Shown here: piece after piece, positions 46,109 through 55,502 of the stretch
Numbering within the stretch: position 1 is the stretch's first letter
Layout: each line of letters starts with the position of its first letter
From: an uncultured Enterobacteriaceae bacterium
GTDB lineage: Bacteria; Pseudomonadota; Gammaproteobacteria; Burkholderiales; SG8-39
DNA length: 64,000 bases
Reading direction: 5' to 3'
NCBI GenBank assembly: GCA_964400745.1
Contig: CAYNVY010000001.1
Location: 13,560-77,559, forward strand
The notes under the pieces: generated by a model
Seen by the model: the letters and a program-made list of their open reading frames with translations, nothing else
What the model was told of the DNA's origin: nothing
Databases searched by the model: none
Position numbers and translations under genes: made by a program

Positions 46109-47284
46109 ATGATCTGCTCCCGCTCCTCTGCTCAACTTCCACCTGCCAGGTCGGCTGAACTGCAATTGCCCCAATATCTTCCATCTCTGGACGGCGTACG
46201 CGGGCTCGCGATTCTTCTAGTGCTGATGCACAACCTGCTGATTCTGGACGCGCCTTCGGACCGATTTGCCCAGCTAGTGGGATACGGGTTGAATATCGGC
46301 TGGGTCGGGGTTCGTTTGTTCTTTGTATTAAGCGGTTTTCTGATTACTCGTATCCTGCTCGATGCTCAGGCTGATGCGAATTACTACAAGGTGTTCTTCG
46401 CACGCCGTGTGTTGCGAATCTTTCCCCTCTATTACGCTGTGATGCTAATGTTTTTTGTCATTTTGCCAACCTTTGGGGCGGCGCCAGCAAGGCTGACTCA
46501 GGATAACTCTGTTTGGCTCTGGTTCTATCTTTCGAACTGGACCATGCCATTGGGGCTCGGCGGTAATTCGATGCCGCATTTCTGGTCACTGGCGGTCGAA
46601 GAGCAGTTCTACCTCATATGGCCATTCCTCGTGCATCATCGCTCACCCAAACAGGTGCTTCAGTTGTGCCTGGGGCTTGCGCTCGTGGGCATTTTGCTGC
46701 GGACAGCGTTACTGGCACTGGGAGCTTCTCCTGAGCTTGTCTATACGATCACGCCGAGCCAATTCGACGCGCTGGCCCTTGGCGGTGCGCTTGCGGCCGC
46801 TCTTAAGCTACCCGGCGTGCTGCCGCAAATGGCCGAGCGGCGCGGGAATATTCTCGCTGCGAGCGCGCTAATCGCGTTAATTGGTTTGGTCATAACACAC
46901 GGCTACCAGCGTACCTCGTTTATGGGACAAACAATAGGCTACGCACTCCTTGCGATCGTTTGCACAATGGGGATTGCGGCCGCGGTAGGTGGTGATTGCT
47001 CACCGCAGCCACGTTGGACGGCGTGGCTCCGCGCGGCGCCTTTGCGTGTCGTTGGCAAGTACAGCTACGCGATGTACATCTTTCACAAACCCATACATGA
47101 TTTCGTCGGCAAGCCCATCCTGCAAAAAATGGGCCTCGCAACCACCCCGAGCATAACCATTAGCCTTGTCTATCTCGCACTGGGTATGCTAGCGACTCTA
47201 GCAGCTGGCGCACTTTCATATCATATATTCGAAAAGCGCTTTCTGGCGCTAAAAAGCCGAGTTTCTGAAGTCACACCGACATGA
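46109..47284 (+). CDS. Acyltransferase family 3 (OafA/WecH-like integral-membrane O-acetyltransferase)
   Basis: ...LPSLDGVRGLAILLVLMHN...FFVLSGFLIT...HFWSLAVEEQFY..., about 10 TM helices. ATG 46109 (the ORF track starts at TTG 46097). Confidence 0.8.
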   Translation: MICSRSSAQLPPARSAELQLPQYLPSLDGVRGLAILLVLMHNLLILDAPSDRFAQLVGYGLNIGWVGVRLFFVLSGFLITRILLDAQADANYYKVFFARRVLRIFPLYYAVMLMFFVILPTFGAAPARLTQDNSVWLWFYLSNWTMPLGLGGNSMPHFWSLAVEEQFYLIWPFLVHHRSPKQVLQLCLGLALVGILLRTALLALGASPELVYTITPSQFDALALGGALAAALKLPGVLPQMAERRGNILAASALIALIGLVITHGYQRTSFMGQTIGYALLAIVCTMGIAAAVGGDCSPQPRWTAWLRAAPLRVVGKYSYAMYIFHKPIHDFVGKPILQKMGLATTPSITISLVYLALGMLATLAAGALSYHIFEKRFLALKSRVSEVTPT

Positions 47285-47416
47285 GGAGCCACCAGCAACA
47301 TCCGCTTGGTGAACTCGCAAAATATTTTCACCATCGTGCTGGATAGCAATGCTAGGTTAAAGTGAGAACTGCGATGCCAAAATGCTCGAACCCTAGTAGG
47401 ACGGGGACTCACATCT

Positions 47417-48388
47417 CTACGGCCGATGAAGTCGCCAAAGGAAGGTTCCAAAGCTGTTTGCTCCCGCGGAAATTCGCGGAAGTAAGTAATTTTCTGTGTC
47501 ATTCGCAACCAAGCCGAATCGAGTCGTAACTGAGGCGCGGTAATGTTGTCGCGCCAACTCGACTACCTGCGGATTGTGTGAGCCATTGGGATAGCAAAAA
47601 AAATCAACTGACCGTTGAAGCTTTTCCTCCAGCATCGCCCGGCTTCCCATGATCTCTGCCTGCGCTTCGGCCGGCAGCAAGGTTGACAAGATGGGATGAG
47701 TCGAAGTGTGGCTTCCGACTGTAACCAAAGACTGATCCATCGAACCAAGCTGTGCCCAAGTTAACGGGGCATGTAGGTCGTCTTGGAGCGAAGTCGGTCG
47801 CCATCCTGCGGAGTATTGGCGCACTGTTTCCTCAAAATGCTCTCTCTCCAGCAGGACGAGCGTCTTTGCCCACGTGACGATATCATTCGGCTGCACGGAA
47901 CTAAGCCCAAATTCCAACGCTAACTCTTGGCGTTGTCGGAGCGCCATGCCTGTCAAACGAGCGCGTAGCTCAATATTCCATATCCAGCGTCTAGTTTCTA
48001 TCAGCATCGGGCACACGAAGAAAGTCGCTGGTACGGCGTACCGCTGAAGCGCTGGATATACGGTGGAAAAGTGGTTCTGCGTGCCGTCATCGAAAGTCAG
48101 AATGATCTCGCGACCCGACAATGTCTCGTTGAGACGACGGTCTAGAAATTCGCGCAAGCCCACAAGGTGGAAGTGCTTCTTGAGCACAGAGAGCTGCCGT
48201 TCAAACTCTGACAGACGCAGGCCAAAGTCGCGATCGATAGCGTGATACATTAAAATCCTAGGACGACATTGACTCTGGGCTTTTCTCAGGGAATAGGTGC
48301 TCAAGCGTCCGGCTGCGTGGATCCAGCGACTAAACGCACGATCGTGCCCGGTCATAGGCCTCTCCATGCATGAAAATCGCAACACCAT
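47417..48388 (-). CDS. Polysaccharide deacetylase (NodB/CE4 family)
   Basis: ...RILMYHAI..., ...ILTFDDGTQNHFSTVYPALQRYAVPATFFV..., ...GSHTSTHP.... Confidence 0.8.
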   Translation of the reverse strand: MVLRFSCMERPMTGHDRAFSRWIHAAGRLSTYSLRKAQSQCRPRILMYHAIDRDFGLRLSEFERQLSVLKKHFHLVGLREFLDRRLNETLSGREIILTFDDGTQNHFSTVYPALQRYAVPATFFVCPMLIETRRWIWNIELRARLTGMALRQRQELALEFGLSSVQPNDIVTWAKTLVLLEREHFEETVRQYSAGWRPTSLQDDLHAPLTWAQLGSMDQSLVTVGSHTSTHPILSTLLPAEAQAEIMGSRAMLEEKLQRSVDFFCYPNGSHNPQVVELARQHYRASVTTRFGLVANDTENYLLPRISAGANSFGTFLWRLHRP

Positions 48389-48998
48389 TTGCCATTGAAT
48401 CGCGCGAAGCGTGAAAACCCATCAGGGGTGCAGCGTCGGCGATGTTTGTTCAAAGGCGTCTCTTGCATGCTCGTCGTCCGATGGGCATTTGGCACCAACC
48501 TAGGCAAGCCAACGCTCAGTTTGTGCATATGCTTAGTGCTGGACGCAAAATTCTGAAATCTAAAGAAATTGATGCGCCTATGTCATAATATCACTATGGT
48601 GATGACCTGCGCGAGGGCATGCTTGAGCAGGCTTCCTTGTTGAGAGATCAAAATGGGTTTGTCAGCGCATTCGGGCATTCTTCGTCGCATGTTTGTCGAA
48701 CATCGCGAAGAGCGCGGTTCAGCCTTTGGTCACATAGAGGGTGTTGATAGCGCGCGACCGGCGCACATCCGAAAAATGCGTTATGTAGAGGTTGTCGCGC
48801 CGTCTGATACAGCGGTGCAATCCGGTTGAGGTTGCAAGCGCAATAGCAGCCCCATTTCGGGGGATAGCTTTGGCTCTATTCTTGTTACGTCGGCGTGATA
48901 GCTTGGCAACAGTTAGCGCAATAGTGATGCCTCGTTCTCGTCGTATGTCCGCAATCCCGCTTCGGAGCAGAGCAGCATGATTAGTTGCGGAAGTCGAC

Positions 48999-50432
48999 GT
49001 GCAAATCCTTGATAAACGTTTAGATATCTGGCTTCCCACCTACGCCCTTGCGGCACCGGCACGTGCGTACCATCGTCTTCGTCGGCGGCAGCAACTGACC
49101 CATATCATGTTCTTGGTATGCGATCATTTCGAGCCTCGGCACGGCGTTGGCAATCCAGACCAGCCGTTCGAGCGGCTTCGGGCGTGGCGGACGGAGTATG
49201 CCCGATTCCAACAACAATGCCGCGACCGTTTTGGAACCAGTCCCTTGCATACCTGGTTCTATCCCCCGCACCATGGCGCCGAGCATCTTTCGAACCTTTC
49301 GGCAATGGCGTTTGAGGGCTTGGGCGAGGTGGAGTTGCACTATCACCACGACAATGACACAGTCGCGACGCTTCGAAATGGATTGAATGCTACTCTCGCC
49401 GAGTACCATCGATTTGGCCATCTCCTTGAGTCGGGCGCGTCCCCAAGCCCGGCGTTTGGGTTTATCCATGGGGATTGGGCTCTGAACAACTCTTTTGGTG
49501 GCAAGTACTGTGGCGTAAACGACGAGTTGACGCTTTTGCAGGAACTCGGCTGCTGGGGTGATTTCACCATGCCCTCAGGAAGGATCTGTCAGACACGCAA
49601 GATCAACTCGATCTATTACGCACGAAGCAATCCGGATAGCGCAAAGGGGCACGATTGGGGCATAGACGCACGCGTCGGCAGAAAGGATCCGGCGGGCCTG
49701 CTCTTGATGCAGGGTCCGCTCGGGATCAATTGGCTGGCCCCCGATCATCCGCGCGTCGAAAACGCCAGCCTGACCTCGGAGAATTGGGGCCGACCCGATC
49801 GCATCCGCAAGTGGATCGACTGCAACGTTCACGTAAAGGGCCGGCCGGAGTGGTTGTTCGTTAAGTTGCACACGCACGGTGCCATAGAGCGCGATTTCGA
49901 CGCCCTGTTCGGGGACAAGGCAATGGAAATGCACCGCGTCCTGAACGAGCAATACAACGACGGCAAGCGCTTTCGCCTTCACTATGTGACCGCCCGCCAA
50001 GCCTACAACATCGCCAAGGCCGCCGAACACGGTAAGAGCGGAGACCCTTCGGACTGGGTCGACTATCTGATCAAGCCGCCGGTCAATGCGTTCTATGCCG
50101 CCGACCGCAGACATGACGTCCGTTTTTGCACCCAATCCCGGCTGACGCTCGAAAATATCGAGGCCGGGGAAGCGGCACGCATACGCACGCGCACGGGCCC
50201 GATTCGGGAAATCCAGGGCCGGGTGACTGCGGTGGATATCGACGACGGTTCGGGTTGTCTGCGCATCGAAACAGCAGCCGCCGGGACCGAGGTATCGGTA
50301 CAGGTGCAAGCCCCGTTTCAGGTATGCGGCATCGCCGGCGGGACCGTGCTGGCGACACCGGACGCTTCGGATACAGGCGCGTTGCGCGTATCGGTGGACC
50401 GGCAGTGCACAGTCACGTATCGCCGTGATTGA
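48999..50432 (+). CDS. Hypothetical protein; His/Asp-rich N-terminal domain possibly of a metal-dependent carbohydrate-esterase-like fold
   Basis: Coding-like composition over 477 codons. Motifs FLVCDHFEP, FYPPHH, ELHYHHDND, FIHGDWAL and KLHTHG. No family recognised. GTG 48999 or ATG 49107. Confidence 0.6.
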   Translation: MQILDKRLDIWLPTYALAAPARAYHRLRRRQQLTHIMFLVCDHFEPRHGVGNPDQPFERLRAWRTEYARFQQQCRDRFGTSPLHTWFYPPHHGAEHLSNLSAMAFEGLGEVELHYHHDNDTVATLRNGLNATLAEYHRFGHLLESGASPSPAFGFIHGDWALNNSFGGKYCGVNDELTLLQELGCWGDFTMPSGRICQTRKINSIYYARSNPDSAKGHDWGIDARVGRKDPAGLLLMQGPLGINWLAPDHPRVENASLTSENWGRPDRIRKWIDCNVHVKGRPEWLFVKLHTHGAIERDFDALFGDKAMEMHRVLNEQYNDGKRFRLHYVTARQAYNIAKAAEHGKSGDPSDWVDYLIKPPVNAFYAADRRHDVRFCTQSRLTLENIEAGEAARIRTRTGPIREIQGRVTAVDIDDGSGCLRIETAAAGTEVSVQVQAPFQVCGIAGGTVLATPDASDTGALRVSVDRQCTVTYRRD

Positions 50433-50495
50433 GTCGGCGCGGCCGGAGATCCCGCGTTCACGCGCCGGGCGCGTCTGACTGGAGGAAAGAGTCCC

Positions 50496-51635
50496 GTGGA
50501 AATCGCTTTCTGGGTGTCGGTGCTTCTGGTTGCCTACCCTTACGCGGTGTACCCGTTGGCCGTACTCGCCCTTGGTTGGCTTAGACGACGACCGGTGCGC
50601 ATCCAACCCCATGCGCCGACGGTCACCGTTTTGATCCCGGCCTACAACGAGGCCGACTGCATCGGTGCCACGGTGAGAAACAAGCTGGATCAGAATTATC
50701 CGCGGGAGAAACTCCAGATCATCGTGGTATCGGACGGATCCAGCGACGGCACCGACGACATCGTGCGGCAGTTCACCGGCCAGGGCGTACAACTGCTGCG
50801 GCGCGAGGGCCGCGAGGGCAAGGCCGCCGCGCTGAACGAGGCGGTCGGGCATGCCACCGGCGAGGTCGTCGTGTTCAGCGACGCGAACTCGCTGTTCGAT
50901 CCTGACGCCATTCGTTACATGGTGGAGAACTTTGCCGATCCTGAGGTCGGTTATGTAACCGGATCCCTGGGCTTCCTGGCGCAGGAGGCGAGTCTTAGCG
51001 GCAGCGGGGTAAGCGCCTATATCCGCTACGAAAACCTGCTGCGGCGGGCCGAGACGAGAATCGGCTCGATTATCGGGGTAAACGGTGGCGTGGACGCGAT
51101 CCGCCGCGAACTCTACGTGGATATTCCGCCGCAATTGATCACCGATTTCGTGCTGCCGCTGACCGTCATCGCAGGGGGGCATCGCGTGGTGTTCGATCCG
51201 CGCGTGGCCTCGCGCGAGGCTGCGAACGCCGAGCTTGGATCGGAATTTCGCATGCGGGTGCGCGTTGCGCTGCGCGCGCTTCAGGGGATCGCGTACATGC
51301 GCCGCCTGCTCAATCCGCTGCGCTATCCCTTGGCGTCATTCTGTCTGGTTTCGCACAAGGTGCTGCGCTATCTCGCGTTTGTCTTTCTCGCGCTTGCGCT
51401 CGTCAGCAACCTTGTGTTGGCGACGTCCACGCCCCTCTATCAGGGCCTTCTGGTGATGCACCTGGCGGGCTATGCGCTCGCGCTGATTGGCTTGATGTCC
51501 GGGCTGCCGCCTTGGCTGCACCGGGCCACCGTGGTGCCGAGCTATTTGCTATTGAGCTATGCCGCCTTCACCATCGCGGTGTTCAAGTTTCTCCGGGGAG
51601 AAACCATGGCCACGTGGAAGCCTCGCGCCGGGTAG
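50496..51635 (+). CDS. Glycosyltransferase family 2 (membrane-associated)
   Basis: GTG start with GGAGG 10 nt upstream. ...TVTVLIPAYNEADCI..., ...IIVVSDGSSDGT..., ...VVFSDANS..., and C-terminal TM helices. Confidence 0.85.
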   Translation: MEIAFWVSVLLVAYPYAVYPLAVLALGWLRRRPVRIQPHAPTVTVLIPAYNEADCIGATVRNKLDQNYPREKLQIIVVSDGSSDGTDDIVRQFTGQGVQLLRREGREGKAAALNEAVGHATGEVVVFSDANSLFDPDAIRYMVENFADPEVGYVTGSLGFLAQEASLSGSGVSAYIRYENLLRRAETRIGSIIGVNGGVDAIRRELYVDIPPQLITDFVLPLTVIAGGHRVVFDPRVASREAANAELGSEFRMRVRVALRALQGIAYMRRLLNPLRYPLASFCLVSHKVLRYLAFVFLALALVSNLVLATSTPLYQGLLVMHLAGYALALIGLMSGLPPWLHRATVVPSYLLLSYAAFTIAVFKFLRGETMATWKPRAG

Positions 51636-51770
51636 GCCGCGCGAGCTTTGGGCCGCGGACCATTGCAGCATCCGCTTTTCGGGAATTTCGGCCGGGTGAT
51701 CGCCAGGCTGAAAACAATCGTCTCGAGTGGTGCTAGAATCGGCCGCGGCGCAGGAGAACGGAGGTACCAG

Positions 51771-52460
51771 ATGCCCCACCTACCAGGCAGGATTCACCTA
51801 ACCCGGGTCGCGATCTTCGTGTTGGCGTGCCTTATGGGAGCGGCGGCTATGGCGGCGGCGAAACCGGATCGGCTCAAACGCGTCGTTTTGGTTGGTGCAT
51901 CGATCGGACAGAACTGGCATTTCGACCGTATCAGCGAGCGCATCGCGCTGCCGGGGTACCGATTCGAATATCAGGGGGTACGAGCCTTCGACAAAGAGCC
52001 TTTGATTCGAAGACTCTCGGGCAGTGCGGACAAACCCGATATCGTCCTGATCAAGGAATGCAATTCCTATTTCCCCGGCAATTTCGAGGATTACCAGCGC
52101 CGCGTGATCGCCTGGGTCGATGTGCTTCGCGCGGCCGGCATTCAGCCCGTGCTGGTGACCACCCCTCCGATAGCCGAATCTGGGGATTACGTCTTGCGCG
52201 CGAAAAACTTGGTCAAGCGCATTATCGGAAGACAAACCACGTTTGAGGGCATCGTCCAGTTCAATGACTGGATGAAAAGCTACGCCGGGCGCGAGCATAT
52301 TCCGGTATTCGACATGGAGGCATCACTGCGACGCAGCGACAGCGAGCGTTGGATGCGGAGCGAATACGACTACGGCGATACGGAGCACCTCAATGCCCGC
52401 GCCTATCAGGTTCTCGACGAAGCGTTCGCGCGGTTCCTGAGCAGCGGGAATATACGCTGA
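51771..52460 (+). CDS. Secreted SGNH/GDSL-like hydrolase-fold protein
   Basis: GGAGG SD before ATG 51771. Signal peptide ...VAIFVLACLMGAAAMAAA, block I VVLVGASIGQNW and block V YGDTEHLNARAY (DxxH). Confidence 0.55.
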   Translation: MPHLPGRIHLTRVAIFVLACLMGAAAMAAAKPDRLKRVVLVGASIGQNWHFDRISERIALPGYRFEYQGVRAFDKEPLIRRLSGSADKPDIVLIKECNSYFPGNFEDYQRRVIAWVDVLRAAGIQPVLVTTPPIAESGDYVLRAKNLVKRIIGRQTTFEGIVQFNDWMKSYAGREHIPVFDMEASLRRSDSERWMRSEYDYGDTEHLNARAYQVLDEAFARFLSSGNIR

Positions 52461-52513
52461 CCGCGAGGATCGGCGAGAAACGGTCAGATATCGGGCGGCT
52501 CACCGCGAACTTT

Positions 52514-53110
52514 ATGCTTACCCTAGTCCAGCAAGATATTGAACGTTACCTCAGGTCAGAGTGCCCCGAGGGCAATCCCGGGTTCTTCCGAACCGTCCGC
52601 ATTTTCCTGGACGAGCCGGGCCTGCAGGCTGTGATGGTGTTTCGATTCGGATCCTGGGTGAACCGCACATTCCGGTTTCAACTCCTACGGATTCCCCTGA
52701 AGTTTATTCATTACATCCTGGACAAACTGTGCATCATCGCCTGGGGAATCCACATTGCCGAGGACGCGACGATTGGCGGCGGCCTATACATCGCGCATTT
52801 CGGCGGCATTTTGATCGGTCCGGTACACATGGGGAGCGACTGCAATATAGGACCACACGTCATAATCGGCCGACGCGCAGGTGCCGATTCCGGCCTACCG
52901 ACAATCGGCGATCGGGTCTGGATTGGCACGGGCTCGGTCGTTTTTGGCGGCATCACGATCGGCGATGGCGTGACCATCGGCCCGTTGACGGTAGTCGGCC
53001 GGAATTTGCCAGCGAACGTGATGGTCATGGGAAATCCCATGCGCCTGCTGCGCAAGAACTACGACAACGGCGCCGAAATCTACGGCAAGAGCGGAAAGAG
53101 AGATTGGTGA
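52514..53110 (+). CDS. Hexapeptide-repeat acetyltransferase (serine O-acetyltransferase-like)
   Basis: MLTLVQQDIERYL...FRTVRIFLDEPGLQAVMVFRF... (SATase-like N-terminus), then left-handed beta-helix repeats IAEDATIGGGLYIAHFGGILIGPVHMGSDCNIGPHVIIG...VWIGTGSVVFGGITIGDGVTIG. Confidence 0.75.
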   Translation: MLTLVQQDIERYLRSECPEGNPGFFRTVRIFLDEPGLQAVMVFRFGSWVNRTFRFQLLRIPLKFIHYILDKLCIIAWGIHIAEDATIGGGLYIAHFGGILIGPVHMGSDCNIGPHVIIGRRAGADSGLPTIGDRVWIGTGSVVFGGITIGDGVTIGPLTVVGRNLPANVMVMGNPMRLLRKNYDNGAEIYGKSGKRDW

Positions 53111-53162
53111 ACATGCCACGCTCGACGGGGACGTCCGCGCGAATCGTTTTTCCAACTTTCGA

Positions 53163-54149
53163 TCACGCCCGATTCACGGCAACATCGGCGAGAGGCGGTC
53201 GTGCGCGCCCGGCCAGCGCCCGCACTTCACCGTTCTGGTCGCGCACCTCGCGAATATCGATGTAGCCGCCCTGCTTCTCGAGCCGCTGGCGGATCCCCCG
53301 TCCCTGTCCTAGTCCGACCTCGAAGGCAAGCCAGCCTCCGGCGCGCAGGAACAGCGGCGCATGGGTGATCAGGCGCTGCAGGATCCGAATGCCCAGCGCG
53401 CCGCCGTCGAAAGCCAGGCGCGGCTCGTGCCCGATTATCTCGTCCGGCATGCCGTCGACTTTGCCGCTGGATATATAGGGCGGGTTGCATACCAGCAGGT
53501 CGACCCGGCCGAAGAATTCAGGGGATTCAAATGGTGCGAGCAGGTCGCCGCAACGGAACTCGACGCGATCGCCGAGCGCAAGCTGCGCGGCGTTGCGCCG
53601 AGCCAGCGCGACCGCCTCCGCCGACAGGTCGGCGCCCCAGACCCGGGCGCGCGGTTCGTGCCAGGCGAGCGCCAGCGCGAGGTTGCCCGATCCGGTGCAG
53701 ACATCGATCACCTTCGCATCGCGGTCTCCCGGCATGGCCTCGCGCAGCAGTTCCAGCGCCGCCCGGCCGAGCAGCGCGGTTTCCTCGCGCGGTATCAGTG
53801 CTTCGGCCGAGGCGAGCAGTTCCACGCCCATGAACTGCTGACGGCCAGTCAGATGGGCCAGCGGCGCGCCTTGCATGCGCCGCGACAACAGTGCGCGTAG
53901 CCGCGCGGCGCCGTCTGCGTCGAGTGCGGGCAGCGCCTCGCAGCGCGCCCGCTGCACTGAAAGCGGCCGTCCCGCCGCGGCGTGCCACAGCGCGGCCAGC
54001 GTGGTTCCCACGGTCTCCTCCGGCTTGTCCGCAAGCGTCTTCAGGCCGGAGGCGAGCTCGATCTGGCAGGCGCGATACAGCGCGACGGTGTCAGGCGTAG
54101 GATCGACAAAGTTTGCGCCTTCGCTTGCGCCTGCCGCGATGGTGGTCAT
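53163..54149 (-). CDS. HemK/PrmC-family (N5-glutamine-type) SAM-dependent methyltransferase
   Basis: ...LTGRQQFMGVELLASAEALIPREETALL..., motif I VIDVCTGSGNLALALA, and catalytic LLVCNPPYISSG (NPPY). Confidence 0.75.
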   Translation of the reverse strand: MTTIAAGASEGANFVDPTPDTVALYRACQIELASGLKTLADKPEETVGTTLAALWHAAAGRPLSVQRARCEALPALDADGAARLRALLSRRMQGAPLAHLTGRQQFMGVELLASAEALIPREETALLGRAALELLREAMPGDRDAKVIDVCTGSGNLALALAWHEPRARVWGADLSAEAVALARRNAAQLALGDRVEFRCGDLLAPFESPEFFGRVDLLVCNPPYISSGKVDGMPDEIIGHEPRLAFDGGALGIRILQRLITHAPLFLRAGGWLAFEVGLGQGRGIRQRLEKQGGYIDIREVRDQNGEVRALAGRARPPLADVAVNRA

Positions 54150-54194
54150 TGCGCCGTCCCGCCAGTGCCGGTTAGCCGAAGCATTCGAGCCGCG

Positions 54195-55214
54195 TCAGGC
54201 CACGATTTCCGGCACCGGCTCGACCAGCAAAGGCTTGGCGTGAAGATAGCGCGTTGCCAGGCGTTTCGCGACGATGTCCTTGTAGACGAACCCAGCTTGC
54301 GCCGCCGGGATTTGGAGGTACGACGCCACATCCTCCGCCGGCACGCCCTGGTTGAAGGCCCACAGCGCGACATCCATTTTGTCGTAGGCCATGGCGAAGT
54401 AGAACTCATCCTGGCCTTGCTGCAGGCTGTAGGTGTCGGTGGTCGGCGCCGCATTGCAGATTTCGTCCGGGATGCCCAGGTGGCGCGCCAGCGCGTAAAC
54501 CTGCGTCTTGTACAAGTGCGCGATGGGCTTCAGGTCCGCCGCGCCATCGCCGTTCTTGACGAAGAAGCCCTGATCGTACTCCAGCCGGTTTGGCGTGCCG
54601 ATTACGGCGTAGTTCAGCCGGTCGGCGTGGAAGTATTCGACTGTTTTTCGCACCCGCTGCTTGAAGTTGGTGGCGGCCACAATCTGCAGGTACTGGCGCA
54701 GCGGCAGGCGCGTCTCGTGCTGCTCGCCCGCCGGGGACTGCACCACGAGCTTGAAGTAGTTGAACGTCCCGGCGCTGCCGCCGGCAATCGCAATCTTGCT
54801 CTTCCAGTCCGTTTGAAACTGCGGAAACACGGCGCGGATTGCTTCGTCGCGCCAGCGATAGCAACCGAGCGCCTCCAGGGTCGGCGCGATATCCTCGACC
54901 GCGTGCGCGATTCCGAACTGGCCGGCCACCCGTGCCGCCCGCGACAGACTGTTGGGCGAAGAATCGCGTTCCGGCAGCATCAGTCCGAACACCTTGGCCG
55001 CTCCGAGCGCGCGCACGGCGAGCGCTGCGCAGACCGAACTGTCCACCCCGCCGGAGAGCGCGATCACCACTCCGCGCCGGCGCAGTTCGCGACCGACCAT
55101 CTCGACCATGCGCTTCGCGATGCGGCCCGCCTCGGCCTCGCAGTCGAGCGCGAGAATATCCGCGTGCAGCTTCGCCGGGCTCGCGCTGCCGGCCCTGATC
55201 CCCCCGGAGTTCAT
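54195..55214 (-). CDS. NAD synthetase (NadE)-like PP-loop ATP pyrophosphatase / amidoligase
   Basis: PP-loop VIALSGGVDSSVCAAL; NadE-like core ...YAVIGTPNRLEYDQGFFVKNGDGAADLKPIAHLYKTQVY.... ATGA overlap with the upstream ACP gene (55211-55214). Confidence 0.7.
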   Translation of the reverse strand: MNSGGIRAGSASPAKLHADILALDCEAEAGRIAKRMVEMVGRELRRRGVVIALSGGVDSSVCAALAVRALGAAKVFGLMLPERDSSPNSLSRAARVAGQFGIAHAVEDIAPTLEALGCYRWRDEAIRAVFPQFQTDWKSKIAIAGGSAGTFNYFKLVVQSPAGEQHETRLPLRQYLQIVAATNFKQRVRKTVEYFHADRLNYAVIGTPNRLEYDQGFFVKNGDGAADLKPIAHLYKTQVYALARHLGIPDEICNAAPTTDTYSLQQGQDEFYFAMAYDKMDVALWAFNQGVPAEDVASYLQIPAAQAGFVYKDIVAKRLATRYLHAKPLLVEPVPEIVA

Positions 55215-55471
55215 GCGGCGGGCTTGGCAGCGAGCTTGCGCGCGAGGTAGCGTTCGATGTTGGCGAGACTGTCGAAATTCTCCGGCAGCATCTCCTCGTC
55301 GTCGACCGCGACGCCGAATGTCTCCTCGACGAAGGTGACCAGTTCGATAAACCCGGTCGAATCCAGGATGTGCTCCCCCATGAAGGAAGTGCCATCCGCG
55401 ATCGTGACGTCGCCGCCCATGACGAAGTTGTCGAGAAGGAACTGGCGAACCGCGCTCTTGACGTCTTGCAT
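55211..55471 (-). CDS. Acyl carrier protein (phosphopantetheine attachment)
   Basis: 86 aa with ...GEHILDSTGFIELVTFVEE... (DSxG Ser attachment motif in a helix II context). Confidence 0.8.
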   Translation of the reverse strand: MQDVKSAVRQFLLDNFVMGGDVTIADGTSFMGEHILDSTGFIELVTFVEETFGVAVDDEEMLPENFDSLANIERYLARKLAAKPAA

Positions 55472-55502
55472 GAAACTTACCCCCCTGAAGTCACGGAACG
55501 CG

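Noticed and set aside
48490-48505. TGGCACCAACCTAGGC in the long intergenic gap upstream of the 48999 gene.
   Set aside because: The GG to GC spacing is one nucleotide too long (GC at 48504-48505 instead of 48503-48504), and sigma-54 promoters do not tolerate this.
48719-49039. 106-aa minus-strand ORF in the 48.4-49.0 kb gap. Also 24031-24267 (+, 78 aa) and 26758-27042 (+, 94 aa) in other gaps.
   Set aside because: The translations are Arg/Ser-rich and low-complexity, with no SD and no recognisable domains. They are treated as non-coding.
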